Below, piece by piece: positions 40,053-49,137 of a DNA stretch of 64,000 nt (the stretch's first letter is position 1; each line of letters opens with the position of its first letter). The notes beneath the pieces are model-generated. The model searched no databases, was not told the DNA's origin, and worked only from the letters and a program-made list of their open reading frames with translations. The translations under genes and the position numbers were made by a program. This stretch comes from Verrucomicrobiota bacterium (lineage in GTDB: Bacteria; Verrucomicrobiota; Verrucomicrobiia; Limisphaerales; AAA164-E04). The DNA lies in assembly GCA_029247315.1 (NCBI GenBank), contig JAQWLM010000107.1, positions 7,459 through 71,458 of the forward strand, in the 5' to 3' direction.

Positions 40053-41237
40053 ATGCCATTCCCAATCAGTCATCGCATCGCCCGGGTTCAATCCCCTGTC
40101 ATTCCCATCGTGGGGCAGTGGGTAAATGAACATCCTGGAACCATCTCGATGGGCCAGGGGGTGGTGTATTACCCACCTCCCCCCACGATTGTGGAGGGGT
40201 TACAGAAGTTTCATTCCGACCCCCTCAACCATCAATACAAGCAGGTTCAGGGAATCCCTGAGTTACTGAATGCCCTGAAGTTCAAACTTTCCAATGAAAA
40301 CGGGATTCAGGTCCAGGCAAGGGATCAGCTCATGGTGACGGCCGGGAGCAACATGGCCTTCATGAATGCCATCATGGCCATCACCGAATTCGGGGACGAA
40401 GTCATCCTTCCCAAACCTTATTACTTTAACCACGAAATGGCCATCAACATGCTCGGCGCAGTAGCCCGGTGCGTTGAACCCGGATCAGACATGCTACCTT
40501 CGTTGACTTCCATCGAATCAGCCATCACCTCCCGCACCAGGGCCATTGTCACCATTTCCCCCAACAACCCCAGTGGCGTGGTTTTTCCCAAAAGCCTGCT
40601 TACCTCCATCAATCAACTCTGCAGAGAACGGGGCATTTATCATATTTCGGACGAAGCCTATGAGTATTTCCTTTACGATGGAGCCACTCATTTTTCTCCT
40701 GGCAGCCTGGACGGAAGTGAGACGCACACCTTTTCGCTCTTCTCCATGTCCAAGGCCTACGGCTTTGCCAGTTGGCGCATCGGCTACATGGTCATGCCTC
40801 AAGGGTTAATGGCATCCATCAAAAAAATACAGGACACCAACCTCATCTGTGCCCCGGTCATTTCTCAACACGCGGGTGTCAAGGCCCTGGAAAGCGGAAA
40901 GCCCTACTGCACCCAACATCTCCCCACCATGGCCAAGGTGAGAGAACACCTTCTGGAGGGCTTGCGTAAACTCCAGCCATTTGTCAGGATTATCCCCTCC
41001 ACAGGGGCTTTTTATATCCTGATCCAGCTGGACACCCAGATACAGCCCTTGGGAGTGGTCAAGAAGTTGATTCAAAAACATCAGGTGGCGGTTATTCCCG
41101 GGTCAGCCTTTGGTCTGGAACAAGGCTGTTATTTGAGAATCGCCTTTGGGGCCTTGAAGGAGGAGACGGCCAACAAGGGCGTCGAACGCCTGTTGGGAGG
41201 ATTGAAAGCCGTGCGAGATCTAGGGAGGAAAAGATGA
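40053..41237 (+). CDS. Class I/II PLP-dependent aminotransferase
   Basis: ISMGQG, TAGSN, SPNNPSG, SDEAY, SMSKAYG..WRIGY (PLP lysine), GAFY, PGSAFG, LRI. Confidence 0.92.
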   Translation: MPFPISHRIARVQSPVIPIVGQWVNEHPGTISMGQGVVYYPPPPTIVEGLQKFHSDPLNHQYKQVQGIPELLNALKFKLSNENGIQVQARDQLMVTAGSNMAFMNAIMAITEFGDEVILPKPYYFNHEMAINMLGAVARCVEPGSDMLPSLTSIESAITSRTRAIVTISPNNPSGVVFPKSLLTSINQLCRERGIYHISDEAYEYFLYDGATHFSPGSLDGSETHTFSLFSMSKAYGFASWRIGYMVMPQGLMASIKKIQDTNLICAPVISQHAGVKALESGKPYCTQHLPTMAKVREHLLEGLRKLQPFVRIIPSTGAFYILIQLDTQIQPLGVVKKLIQKHQVAVIPGSAFGLEQGCYLRIAFGALKEETANKGVERLLGGLKAVRDLGRKR

Positions 41238-42028
41238 AAGTATACGCCTATCAAATGGACATTATTTGGGAGGATAAGGAAGCAAATTTCCTGAAGGTGC
41301 TTCATTGGAGCAAACAGACCCAACCGACACCCGGTAGCCTCATCGTGCTCCCTGAGATGTTTGCCACCGGGTTTTCCATGGATACTGACATGACACAGGA
41401 ATCCGCGAATGGCCCCACCGAATCCTTTCTCAAGAGGCTTGCACTGGAATACTCCTGTTACATCCTCGCTGGGCTGAACTTCTCCCGTGAAAAGGGCAAA
41501 CCAGGCAATGACGCATTGCTTTTGAATCCGGAGGGGCAGCGACTCGGTCACTATTCAAAAATACATCCTTTCTCAATAGGACAGGAAGACAAGCATTACG
41601 CGGCAGGGAAGAAGATTCAATGCTTTCATCTCCCCGGTGGACTGAGACTATGCCCCTTTATATGTTATGACCTTAGGTTTCCGGAAGTTTTTCGCAGGGC
41701 ATTACAGGGCACGGAGGCACCCCACATTTTTGTGGTCATTGCCAATTGGCCCGACACACGCACCACGCACTGGATACGCCTTCTTGTGGCCCGGGCCATT
41801 GAAAACCAGGCTTATGTCATTGGAGTCAATCGTTGCGGATCCGCTCCCCTTTTGAACTATGACGGGAGCAGCATGATCATCGATCCCCACGGAAAGACCC
41901 TTGCTACGGCCGAAACAAAGGAAGGAGTTTGCCATGCTGAAGTCGATCCCGAGGAGGTAAACGAGTGGCGCAAGCGTTTTCCAGGGTTCCAGGATCGCCG
42001 CGACATGAACGAAGTCCATCTTACCTAG
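41234..42028 (+). CDS. Carbon-nitrogen hydrolase (omega-amidase YafV/MtnU-like)
   Basis: Triad LPEMF.TGF / YSKIHPF / ICYDLRFPE; ANWP..R..HW, ARAIENQ; ATGA overlap with the aminotransferase. Confidence 0.9.
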   Translation: MKVYAYQMDIIWEDKEANFLKVLHWSKQTQPTPGSLIVLPEMFATGFSMDTDMTQESANGPTESFLKRLALEYSCYILAGLNFSREKGKPGNDALLLNPEGQRLGHYSKIHPFSIGQEDKHYAAGKKIQCFHLPGGLRLCPFICYDLRFPEVFRRALQGTEAPHIFVVIANWPDTRTTHWIRLLVARAIENQAYVIGVNRCGSAPLLNYDGSSMIIDPHGKTLATAETKEGVCHAEVDPEEVNEWRKRFPGFQDRRDMNEVHLT

Positions 42029-42108
42029 CTTCGCAATTTTTCAAACGCACTCACTCCGGCAAGTGGCATGTCGCGTCCGGGCGCCAGGCGATTTAACCTG
42101 TGTTGCAG

Positions 42109-44301
42109 TCAGTGAATGGACTTGAGCCATTCCATGAGGAGCTGATGCTGCCTGGATTGAAACCGGTTCACGTCATCGGCTTGAATGAGTTTAATCTGGG
42201 ATGACTTGGACTGGGCCCGTGCAACGCAGACAGCAACCTCATCGGCATCCGCATGACGATCCTTCCTTGCTGAATAAACAAGACAGGGACGTTGCCCAAG
42301 TGCTCCAAGGAGATCATCGTAATCATACGGTAGGCTGGGCTCCTTTCCATGAAACAAACCCAGCTTCGGCAGAAGACCGTGCCATTCCCACCAGCGGCGT
42401 ATGCCGCCAGTGGGCTTGAAGTCATGATCCGTCCGCATCGGAGTGAAGCCACAGAACGTTGCCACTCCCTTGACACGCTCGTCCATGGCCGCCGTGTGCA
42501 AGGCCACCATACCTCCCAGGGAGTATCCGACCAAGACCACACGGTGAACGTCCAGACCCGGTAATTTCCCTTCGCTAATCCCACCCAATCCATGAACAAA
42601 GTCGAGCGCAGATTGGACGTCAAAGACCATCCGGCCAAGCTTGGACCATTTGGGGTATTTTTCATAAAAAGCCGCCCCCTCGAGCAGGCGATCTCCAAAC
42701 CCACATTGATCATAGGACAAAACAGCATAACCTGCCTGTGCAAGGCGATAGTAGATCGTCGTACCCTCCACACCGTATCCCTCGTTGGAACCATGAGAAT
42801 AGTTAAATGGGTGCAACCAAATGACCACTGGCAACGGTCCTGAATGTTTCACTGGATAAGCCAGATTTCCATGCACATGGGCACCAAAACTGACTGGCAT
42901 GCGGACCACTCCCTCGGGTTTCCACCGATCCCGGGACCACGGAGCCACACCATATTCACTTTCCTTCTGGAGACGAAGCGGTCCTTGCCATATTTGATCA
43001 AATGCCTTTGGGAGCTGCCCAGACATCCACTCAAGACGATCTTTGATACCCGACCCTCGCCCCGGAGGTAGCATGGCCTCGGAATCCTGTTGCTGCCGCC
43101 AAAATTTCCAATCGAAATCGTGCAACAGTCGTTCGGGAAATTCAGAGCGTTCTACCCCTGCCCGACCAAAGGCCCAGTCAAACCAGTCGAGGTTTACCTT
43201 GATATGCGCATCGGTGATAGGGTTGTGGTTTCCTTTCCTGTAAAGAAGCCCCAGTTTTTCTGGTTCTCCAAGGAGTCTGAATGCCTTCTTCGCCTCGAGG
43301 TAAGTGCGTTCGACGGCAAAGCTAGGGTCACTACCGTCGTTGTAAGCCGTATGAATGAGACAGGCACGTGGAGCAATCAGGGCCAACAGGCCGTTGCTTT
43401 CAACGGGCAATGCGTTCTCTCGCCCGAAATAATCCTTCACCCCATCCAAGGCCCATGCCTTGGGAGCATCCATCACCGTTTCCATGAAGGTTTCCCGCCC
43501 AGTAAAACGATATCCCGCGGCAGCCGGAGAACCGGCACTGCGAGAAACCACCGCTTTGATGCGTTGATCAAATGCCGCCGCATAAAGGGATTGTTTTCCA
43601 TATCGAGAATGCCCGATGATCCCCACCTTTTCTGGATCGATCTTTACATCATTATGGTGGCTTAATAGATAATCCAGCGCACGACCCGCTAACCACGACT
43701 GGATGCCAAGTGAGGAGCACCATGAAGCTTCCGGGTATTCTGACTGAAACAAACGCCAAACCGTCTCAAAACCAGGAAAGTCCTTCTCGTGATGATGCAC
43801 ATCTAGTCCCGGGTAGAAGCATGCAACATAACCACGTCTCACGGCGGCTTCACCCCATGCGATCTGGTAATACCTTGGCTGCGTCAGTAATAGGGGGAAA
43901 CCTCCTGGATCCGCATCACCTAAGGTTTTCGGCAACAGAAGACGAATCTCGAAAGACCTTTTATTCGGAGTATCAAAGGTCAATCGCACATGGCGCACCC
44001 GAACGCCATCTTTCCTTTCCTCTTCATCCAAAACCTGAGATTCAAGCAAACTCGGTGATCGTTTAGGAAAGTTTCCAAGATAGGTCTCACACCATTGTGC
44101 CATGATTTCAGAACGGCGTTCCTGCCACTCGCGGGATGATCCCACCTTTTCCCCATCCAGGAACTGGAGTACCGGCGGAAGGTCCGCACGTAGCTTGGCT
44201 TTCGTTACATCGTCCCCGAACAAGGGCATGCTACAGGCAAGGTAAGCTAAAAGGAGGTGTAAAACAGGCCCTGCAAGAACATTAGGGTGACGTAAATGCA
44301 T
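42109..44301 (-). CDS. Secreted tandem alpha/beta-hydrolase (CE15 glucuronoyl-esterase-like plus second esterase domain)
   Basis: Signal peptide; W..RR.EI; nucleophile elbows GHSRYGK and GYSLGG; LIAPR. Start refined to MHLRH (44301). Confidence 0.8.
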   Translation of the reverse strand: MHLRHPNVLAGPVLHLLLAYLACSMPLFGDDVTKAKLRADLPPVLQFLDGEKVGSSREWQERRSEIMAQWCETYLGNFPKRSPSLLESQVLDEEERKDGVRVRHVRLTFDTPNKRSFEIRLLLPKTLGDADPGGFPLLLTQPRYYQIAWGEAAVRRGYVACFYPGLDVHHHEKDFPGFETVWRLFQSEYPEASWCSSLGIQSWLAGRALDYLLSHHNDVKIDPEKVGIIGHSRYGKQSLYAAAFDQRIKAVVSRSAGSPAAAGYRFTGRETFMETVMDAPKAWALDGVKDYFGRENALPVESNGLLALIAPRACLIHTAYNDGSDPSFAVERTYLEAKKAFRLLGEPEKLGLLYRKGNHNPITDAHIKVNLDWFDWAFGRAGVERSEFPERLLHDFDWKFWRQQQDSEAMLPPGRGSGIKDRLEWMSGQLPKAFDQIWQGPLRLQKESEYGVAPWSRDRWKPEGVVRMPVSFGAHVHGNLAYPVKHSGPLPVVIWLHPFNYSHGSNEGYGVEGTTIYYRLAQAGYAVLSYDQCGFGDRLLEGAAFYEKYPKWSKLGRMVFDVQSALDFVHGLGGISEGKLPGLDVHRVVLVGYSLGGMVALHTAAMDERVKGVATFCGFTPMRTDHDFKPTGGIRRWWEWHGLLPKLGLFHGKEPSLPYDYDDLLGALGQRPCLVYSARKDRHADADEVAVCVARAQSKSSQIKLIQADDVNRFQSRQHQLLMEWLKSIH

Positions 44302-44450
44302 GGGATAGCATTTGAAGTTCGTCCCTGAGATTGCAAGTCCATTCTTATCAAAACAAAGGATCTCCTCCACTCCAATCATCGGCTTACAGGAAACAATGGA
44401 CACAGATGTGCCCTCTGGTAGAATCCACTCATCAACACGTCATGGAGGTG

Positions 44451-45251
44451 ATGAAAAAATGGAAATTGCCGCAGGCCTTGGGAATGTTCAGTATCATCCT
44501 GGGGATGATATGGACGCTTGTCAGTGGGACATCCTGTGGGACCACTCTTAGGAAACCGGTCGTCCGTCCTCCCCATATTGATGGAGCCAGTTTTGTGGGC
44601 AACACGGCCTGCTCGGACTGTCATACCGACTTTGTTGATATTTTCCCATCAAGCCCGCACGCGCGTTACTACCACGAGGATGAGTCGCTAGGCCACACGA
44701 CAGGTTGTGAATCCTGCCACGGTCCCGGAAGCCTCCACGTCAGGGCTGGCGGCGGCAAGGGAGTCTTCATACACAACCCGGGGCGCGATCCATCGACATG
44801 TCTGGACTGTCATCAGGAGATCCATGCTAAACTTCAACTACCAAGCCATCATCCTGTTCTTGAAAACATGATGAACTGCGTTGAATGTCACGATCCTCAC
44901 GGGAGAGACATCATGAAACCCAGCGGCGGCTTGAGTTTCGCGCGCCTCAACCAATCCTGCGTTGCATGTCACCAGGAACAAGCCAGACACTTTGTCTTTG
45001 AACATGAAGCCATGCGTGAAGGATGCACCGAATGTCACGATCCGCACGGATCGGTCAATCCCAAGATGCTCATACAGCGTGATTCCAATCTTTGCCTCAA
45101 ATGTCATGCTCAAATCCAGTTTACAGGATCTGGTGACACGTTTATCGGAAAAGAAGCCCATGGATTCAACATGCAGGCCGGGAGTTGCTGGACTGCCGGT
45201 TGTCACACCCAGGTACATGGATCGATGGTGGATCCAAAAATGCGGTTTTGA
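44451..45251 (+). CDS. MtrA/DmsE/PioA-family multiheme c-type cytochrome (8 heme motifs)
   Basis: CSDCH, CESCH, CLDCH, CVECH, CVACH, CTECH, CLKCH, CWTAGCH; family motifs GCESCHGPGS.H, PSHHPV, CHDPHG, FVFEH, VHGS; hydrophobic signal ending in Cys. Confidence 0.9.
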   Translation: MKKWKLPQALGMFSIILGMIWTLVSGTSCGTTLRKPVVRPPHIDGASFVGNTACSDCHTDFVDIFPSSPHARYYHEDESLGHTTGCESCHGPGSLHVRAGGGKGVFIHNPGRDPSTCLDCHQEIHAKLQLPSHHPVLENMMNCVECHDPHGRDIMKPSGGLSFARLNQSCVACHQEQARHFVFEHEAMREGCTECHDPHGSVNPKMLIQRDSNLCLKCHAQIQFTGSGDTFIGKEAHGFNMQAGSCWTAGCHTQVHGSMVDPKMRF

Positions 45252-45276
45252 ACCCAATAGGAAGTAGGAAGATGAT

Positions 45277-47664
45277 ATGAGGATGCCCCACATTAGCGTC
45301 GTGCCAGGACATCCCCTGCGTGGTCAGATAGCTGCACTGGTCTTGATGACCCTCACCATCACGGTCAGGAACCTGGGCCAGGACCTTCCCGCACCCGCAG
45401 ATCTCAACGTGGATTTCACGCGCGATGTCCTGCCCATTCTCGAGGAATCCTGTCTACGTTGTCATGGTGCTGAAGACCCCAAGGCGGGTTATCGCATGAC
45501 CACACGCGCCTACCTCATGACCGAGGGCGATTACGGTGCAAACATCATTGAGGGAAACAGTGCGGAAAGCACGCTGATTCAATACGCCAGCCATTTGGAA
45601 GAGGACATGGAAATGCCTCCACTTGGCAAAGGAGACAAATTGACTGATTCCCAGATAGGCATCCTGCGTGCCTGGATCGACCAAGGCGTGCCATTTGAGG
45701 ATATTCCAGAGGAATCCTTTAATTTCAAGGCCAGCCCCCACTTACGCTTTATCGGGGTAAGTGGAAACAAGGCAGCGTTCCAGGAGCATCATTGGATGCA
45801 GGAAGGCTTCACCGGAGGATTTGAATCCTTTGAATGGAGCCAGACCATGGAGGGTGGGCGCTCATTCACAGGCAAAGGCACCCTCATCACTCCTCATAAT
45901 CGGCATGCCATCGAGGCTGAAATTGCCAAACGTGACCTGGGTTTTTTCCGTTTTGGATTCGACCAGTCACGCACCTATGATCATGCGCTGGGCGGGATCT
46001 CTCCCTTGACAGGACTGGGGCCTTGGACACTGGATCGCCCACTCCACCAGAACCTTTCCAGTGCATGGTTTGAGTTTGGGCTGGATCGTCCCAAACTACC
46101 AAGAATCACACTTGGATACACCTACCGAGAGCAGGATGGAAGCCAATCCATGCTCCAGTGGGGACCTGCTTTCGACAGTGCCTTCAACAGCCACAACATC
46201 TACCCTGCCTGGAAGCGTGTGGACCAGCAAACCCACATCATCCACTTGGATATGACACACGCATGGAAAGGATGGCAGATCGAGGATCGTTTCCGGGGTG
46301 AATTCTACGCACAGGACAATGTGCTCCAAACAGGGGATTTCATTGCTGGTGGGGACACCCAGCCCTCATCGGTTTCCACGCATCGAGATGATTACACCCA
46401 TTTTCAGGGATCCAATGCCCTCACCGTCCAGCGACGCATTAAACCGTGGTGGCTGGCCAGTGCGGGTTACTATGTTTCCCGTCTTCATGGTGACGCCACT
46501 CTGAGCTTTGGTAACCAGGATCCCACACGCCCCGGAACTACGTCTTCGCCCTTCAGTTCCCGTGGCATCGAGATACGTAACGATTCCCACGTCATGAATG
46601 TCAACAGTCTCCTTGGGCCTTGGGAAAATTGGACAGCCTATGGGGGAATTCAACCGGAATGGTCACGCCGCAAAGGGGCCGGGAACACCACTTTTTTTGG
46701 CATCCCATCCAGGTTCGGCAGCAACATGGACCGTTTTCAGGTTGAAGAAAATGTTGGGCTGCGCTACCGAGGATTTGCAGATGCGGTTTTCTACGCGGAT
46801 GCTCGGATCAAACAGGAATCCATAGGACAGTCAGAAGAGGGATTACTGGACGATGGTTTTGCGGCAAGGGAGGATTTCATGCGTAAGACCAATGCGCGTG
46901 GAAACCATGTATCCATTGAAACGGGAACCACGCTTTCACCATGGAAAAAATGGACCTTCAACCCCACTTACGGCTACAAACGACGTCACCATACCTTTCG
47001 TCATCCTATCGATTCCGACCTCGGAACCGAACCCGCAAACGGGTATCCAGCCTTCATCCTTGAGCGTCTTACAGAAGGCCACAACTGGGGTGTCAAGACG
47101 CGCTGGAAACCATTGAACTGGATTCATTTTCGACTGTCATACGAAAACGGACAAACCGAGTATCGAACTGGCCTCGGATCCATCGCCCTGAACGGCAAGG
47201 CATATCCTGGTGGCAAGGCCCATTCAGGTAATTACGACACACATGCCTACCGTCTCACCATGACACTCACCCCAACACACCGCTGGTTCTGGACCATTTC
47301 CTCGGCCTACACAGACGAACGCATCATCTCTGCCATCAACGACAACCTGGTGATTGCACCTTATGATGGAGACCTTTACTCACTCTACACCTCATGGACA
47401 TTTCTCTGGAACAAGACCACACAGCTCCAGGCCGGCTATACTTTCAGCCACGCTGATTATGGCCAGACCCTTCCTCTTGGACTGCCCATGGGTTCGCGAT
47501 TTGATCAACATTCATGGCAATGCAAAATTCAGAAAACACTCAGCAAGAATGGCACTCTGGGACTCCAGTACGGCTATTATCTTTACAGTGATGATCTCGC
47601 CGGGGGGTTCCTGGATTACGAGGCACACGGCATCTTTGCCACATGGAGCCGGGTGTTTCCATGA
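45277..47664 (+). CDS. MtrB/PioB-like outer-membrane beta-barrel with fused N-terminal monoheme cytochrome c (PSCyt1) domain
   Basis: Signal peptide; DFTRDVLPILEESCLRCHG...MPP...LRAWIDQG; then about 650 aa of alternating aromatic-rich beta strands ending ..IFATWSRVFP; 25 bp after the multiheme cytochrome. Confidence 0.8.
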   Translation: MRMPHISVVPGHPLRGQIAALVLMTLTITVRNLGQDLPAPADLNVDFTRDVLPILEESCLRCHGAEDPKAGYRMTTRAYLMTEGDYGANIIEGNSAESTLIQYASHLEEDMEMPPLGKGDKLTDSQIGILRAWIDQGVPFEDIPEESFNFKASPHLRFIGVSGNKAAFQEHHWMQEGFTGGFESFEWSQTMEGGRSFTGKGTLITPHNRHAIEAEIAKRDLGFFRFGFDQSRTYDHALGGISPLTGLGPWTLDRPLHQNLSSAWFEFGLDRPKLPRITLGYTYREQDGSQSMLQWGPAFDSAFNSHNIYPAWKRVDQQTHIIHLDMTHAWKGWQIEDRFRGEFYAQDNVLQTGDFIAGGDTQPSSVSTHRDDYTHFQGSNALTVQRRIKPWWLASAGYYVSRLHGDATLSFGNQDPTRPGTTSSPFSSRGIEIRNDSHVMNVNSLLGPWENWTAYGGIQPEWSRRKGAGNTTFFGIPSRFGSNMDRFQVEENVGLRYRGFADAVFYADARIKQESIGQSEEGLLDDGFAAREDFMRKTNARGNHVSIETGTTLSPWKKWTFNPTYGYKRRHHTFRHPIDSDLGTEPANGYPAFILERLTEGHNWGVKTRWKPLNWIHFRLSYENGQTEYRTGLGSIALNGKAYPGGKAHSGNYDTHAYRLTMTLTPTHRWFWTISSAYTDERIISAINDNLVIAPYDGDLYSLYTSWTFLWNKTTQLQAGYTFSHADYGQTLPLGLPMGSRFDQHSWQCKIQKTLSKNGTLGLQYGYYLYSDDLAGGFLDYEAHGIFATWSRVFP

Positions 47665-48042
47665 GGCCCTGAATTCAAGATGCACTGCATACCCTTTCAT
47701 TTCGCTTTCCTTTGAAACGTAATAAGGCTCAAATTTCATCCAGGAACACATTTCCCAACATGGAAAGTTTGATAAACAGGCATCATGATGTGTTTCCTAC
47801 AACAGGATCACCCCAGTGTCATACGGGAACTCGTCAGAACTTCCTCCACGCAACGGCGTGCCTATGCCCACGCATGGAAGACAACTTGGACCCCAAGGAG
47901 AAGCTGGATGCAAACCAGGTAAAGCAGCGTGTCGCGTTGCATGCAATTCGTGGTAAAACCACACACGTTTACAACCAGGATGCTTCCTCATCCAGGATGA
48001 GCACCGTTCTTTCAAGTTCCGTCAATCCTTTGGTTCAAAGCG

Positions 48043-48055
48043 TGTAACGTTTACA
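48043..48055. promoter_or_regulatory. Putative LacI-family operator TGTAACGTTTACA upstream of the inositol dehydrogenase-like gene
   Basis: Near-palindrome with central CG, 35 bp upstream of ATG 48091; second ACGTTTACA copy at 47965-47973. Confidence 0.45.
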
Positions 48056-48090
48056 GATCAAAACCATCTCAACACTCCTAGACAGCAACA

Positions 48091-49086
48091 ATGGAAAACC
48101 CACTCAGAGTAGCTCTATTCGGCCTTGGCCGTGCCGGACAATTTCATCTGCAAAGCATCCGAACATTACCAGAGATCCAACTGGCGCACGTCGTGGATGT
48201 CGATGCAGAGCGAGCAACCAAAATCGGCAAGGAATATGGATGCCCCTCCAGTAACGATCCACGCATACCCCTGAGGGATCCCAGTATTCAGGCGGTGATC
48301 GTGGCAACCCCCATAGGGGCCCATTACCAACAGATCATGGACGCATTATCTTCTGGTAAATCTGTTTTTACCGAGAAACCTCTCGGTAACGGTTTAGGCG
48401 AAATTACCGAATGTTACGCAGCAGCAAGACGCGCAAACAGCACCCTTTTTGTGGGTTTTAATCGACGTTTCGATCCATCTTTCGCCGACTTGGTACAGCA
48501 GGTACGCAAAGGAACAATCGGCACGCTTCAACTGCTCAGAATCACCTCCCGAGACTCACCCTTGCCAAGCATGGAATATATCCGCACATCTCATGGGATT
48601 TTTTATGATTGCATCGTGCATGATTTCGACATGCTGAGAAACATATCGGGCCAGGATCCGGTTGAAGTGTATGCAATGGGAAGTAATTTTGTAGACGGTA
48701 TCCGAGAACTCAAGGACTTGGACAATGTGCTTGTTTCACTCAAGTATGCAAGTGGGATGCTGGCAAGCATCGATGTCAATCGATTTGCAAGCTACGGCTA
48801 TGACCAACGTATTGAGGCATTCGGTGGACAAGGCATGCTTCAGGCCGAAAACCGATCTCCACGCTCGACCGTTCTCTCCCATGAGGCTGGTATCCTGCGA
48901 CCCACCATCGAGCATTCCTTTCCAACACGCTACCAAGAGGCTTATGTTGCTGAATTGAAGGCTTTTCATCGATGTGTCAGTGTTAACGAACCTCTTCCCA
49001 TTCTTGAGGAAGATGTCAGTGCAAGCCATATTTTATGTGACAAGGCCGAACAATCCTACAAGGAGGGGAGACCCATTGCCATTTGA
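48091..49086 (+). CDS. iolG: Gfo/Idh/MocA oxidoreductase, myo-inositol 2-dehydrogenase-like
   Basis: GLGRAG, EKP, GFNRRFDP, ITSRD, HDFD, YGYDQRIE, F..RY..AY..E. Confidence 0.75.
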   Translation: MENPLRVALFGLGRAGQFHLQSIRTLPEIQLAHVVDVDAERATKIGKEYGCPSSNDPRIPLRDPSIQAVIVATPIGAHYQQIMDALSSGKSVFTEKPLGNGLGEITECYAAARRANSTLFVGFNRRFDPSFADLVQQVRKGTIGTLQLLRITSRDSPLPSMEYIRTSHGIFYDCIVHDFDMLRNISGQDPVEVYAMGSNFVDGIRELKDLDNVLVSLKYASGMLASIDVNRFASYGYDQRIEAFGGQGMLQAENRSPRSTVLSHEAGILRPTIEHSFPTRYQEAYVAELKAFHRCVSVNEPLPILEEDVSASHILCDKAEQSYKEGRPIAI

Positions 49087-49137
49087 CAAGACCAAGGAAA
49101 AAGAAGATAACGACGTTCCAAGGAATCGATTTGAAAC

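Noticed and set aside
40053-41237. Aminotransferase as the missing PhnW
   Set aside because: It is class I/II, PhnW is class V; it is 17 kb away and coupled to an amidase.
44331-44403. Apparent head-to-head overlap of esterase and cytochrome ORFs
   Set aside because: Artefact of longest-ORF starts; signal peptides place the starts near 44301 and 44451.
47712-48047. 111-aa ORF in the porin-iolG intergenic region
   Set aside because: TTG start, no motif, signal or heme site; it could not be supported as a third conduit subunit.
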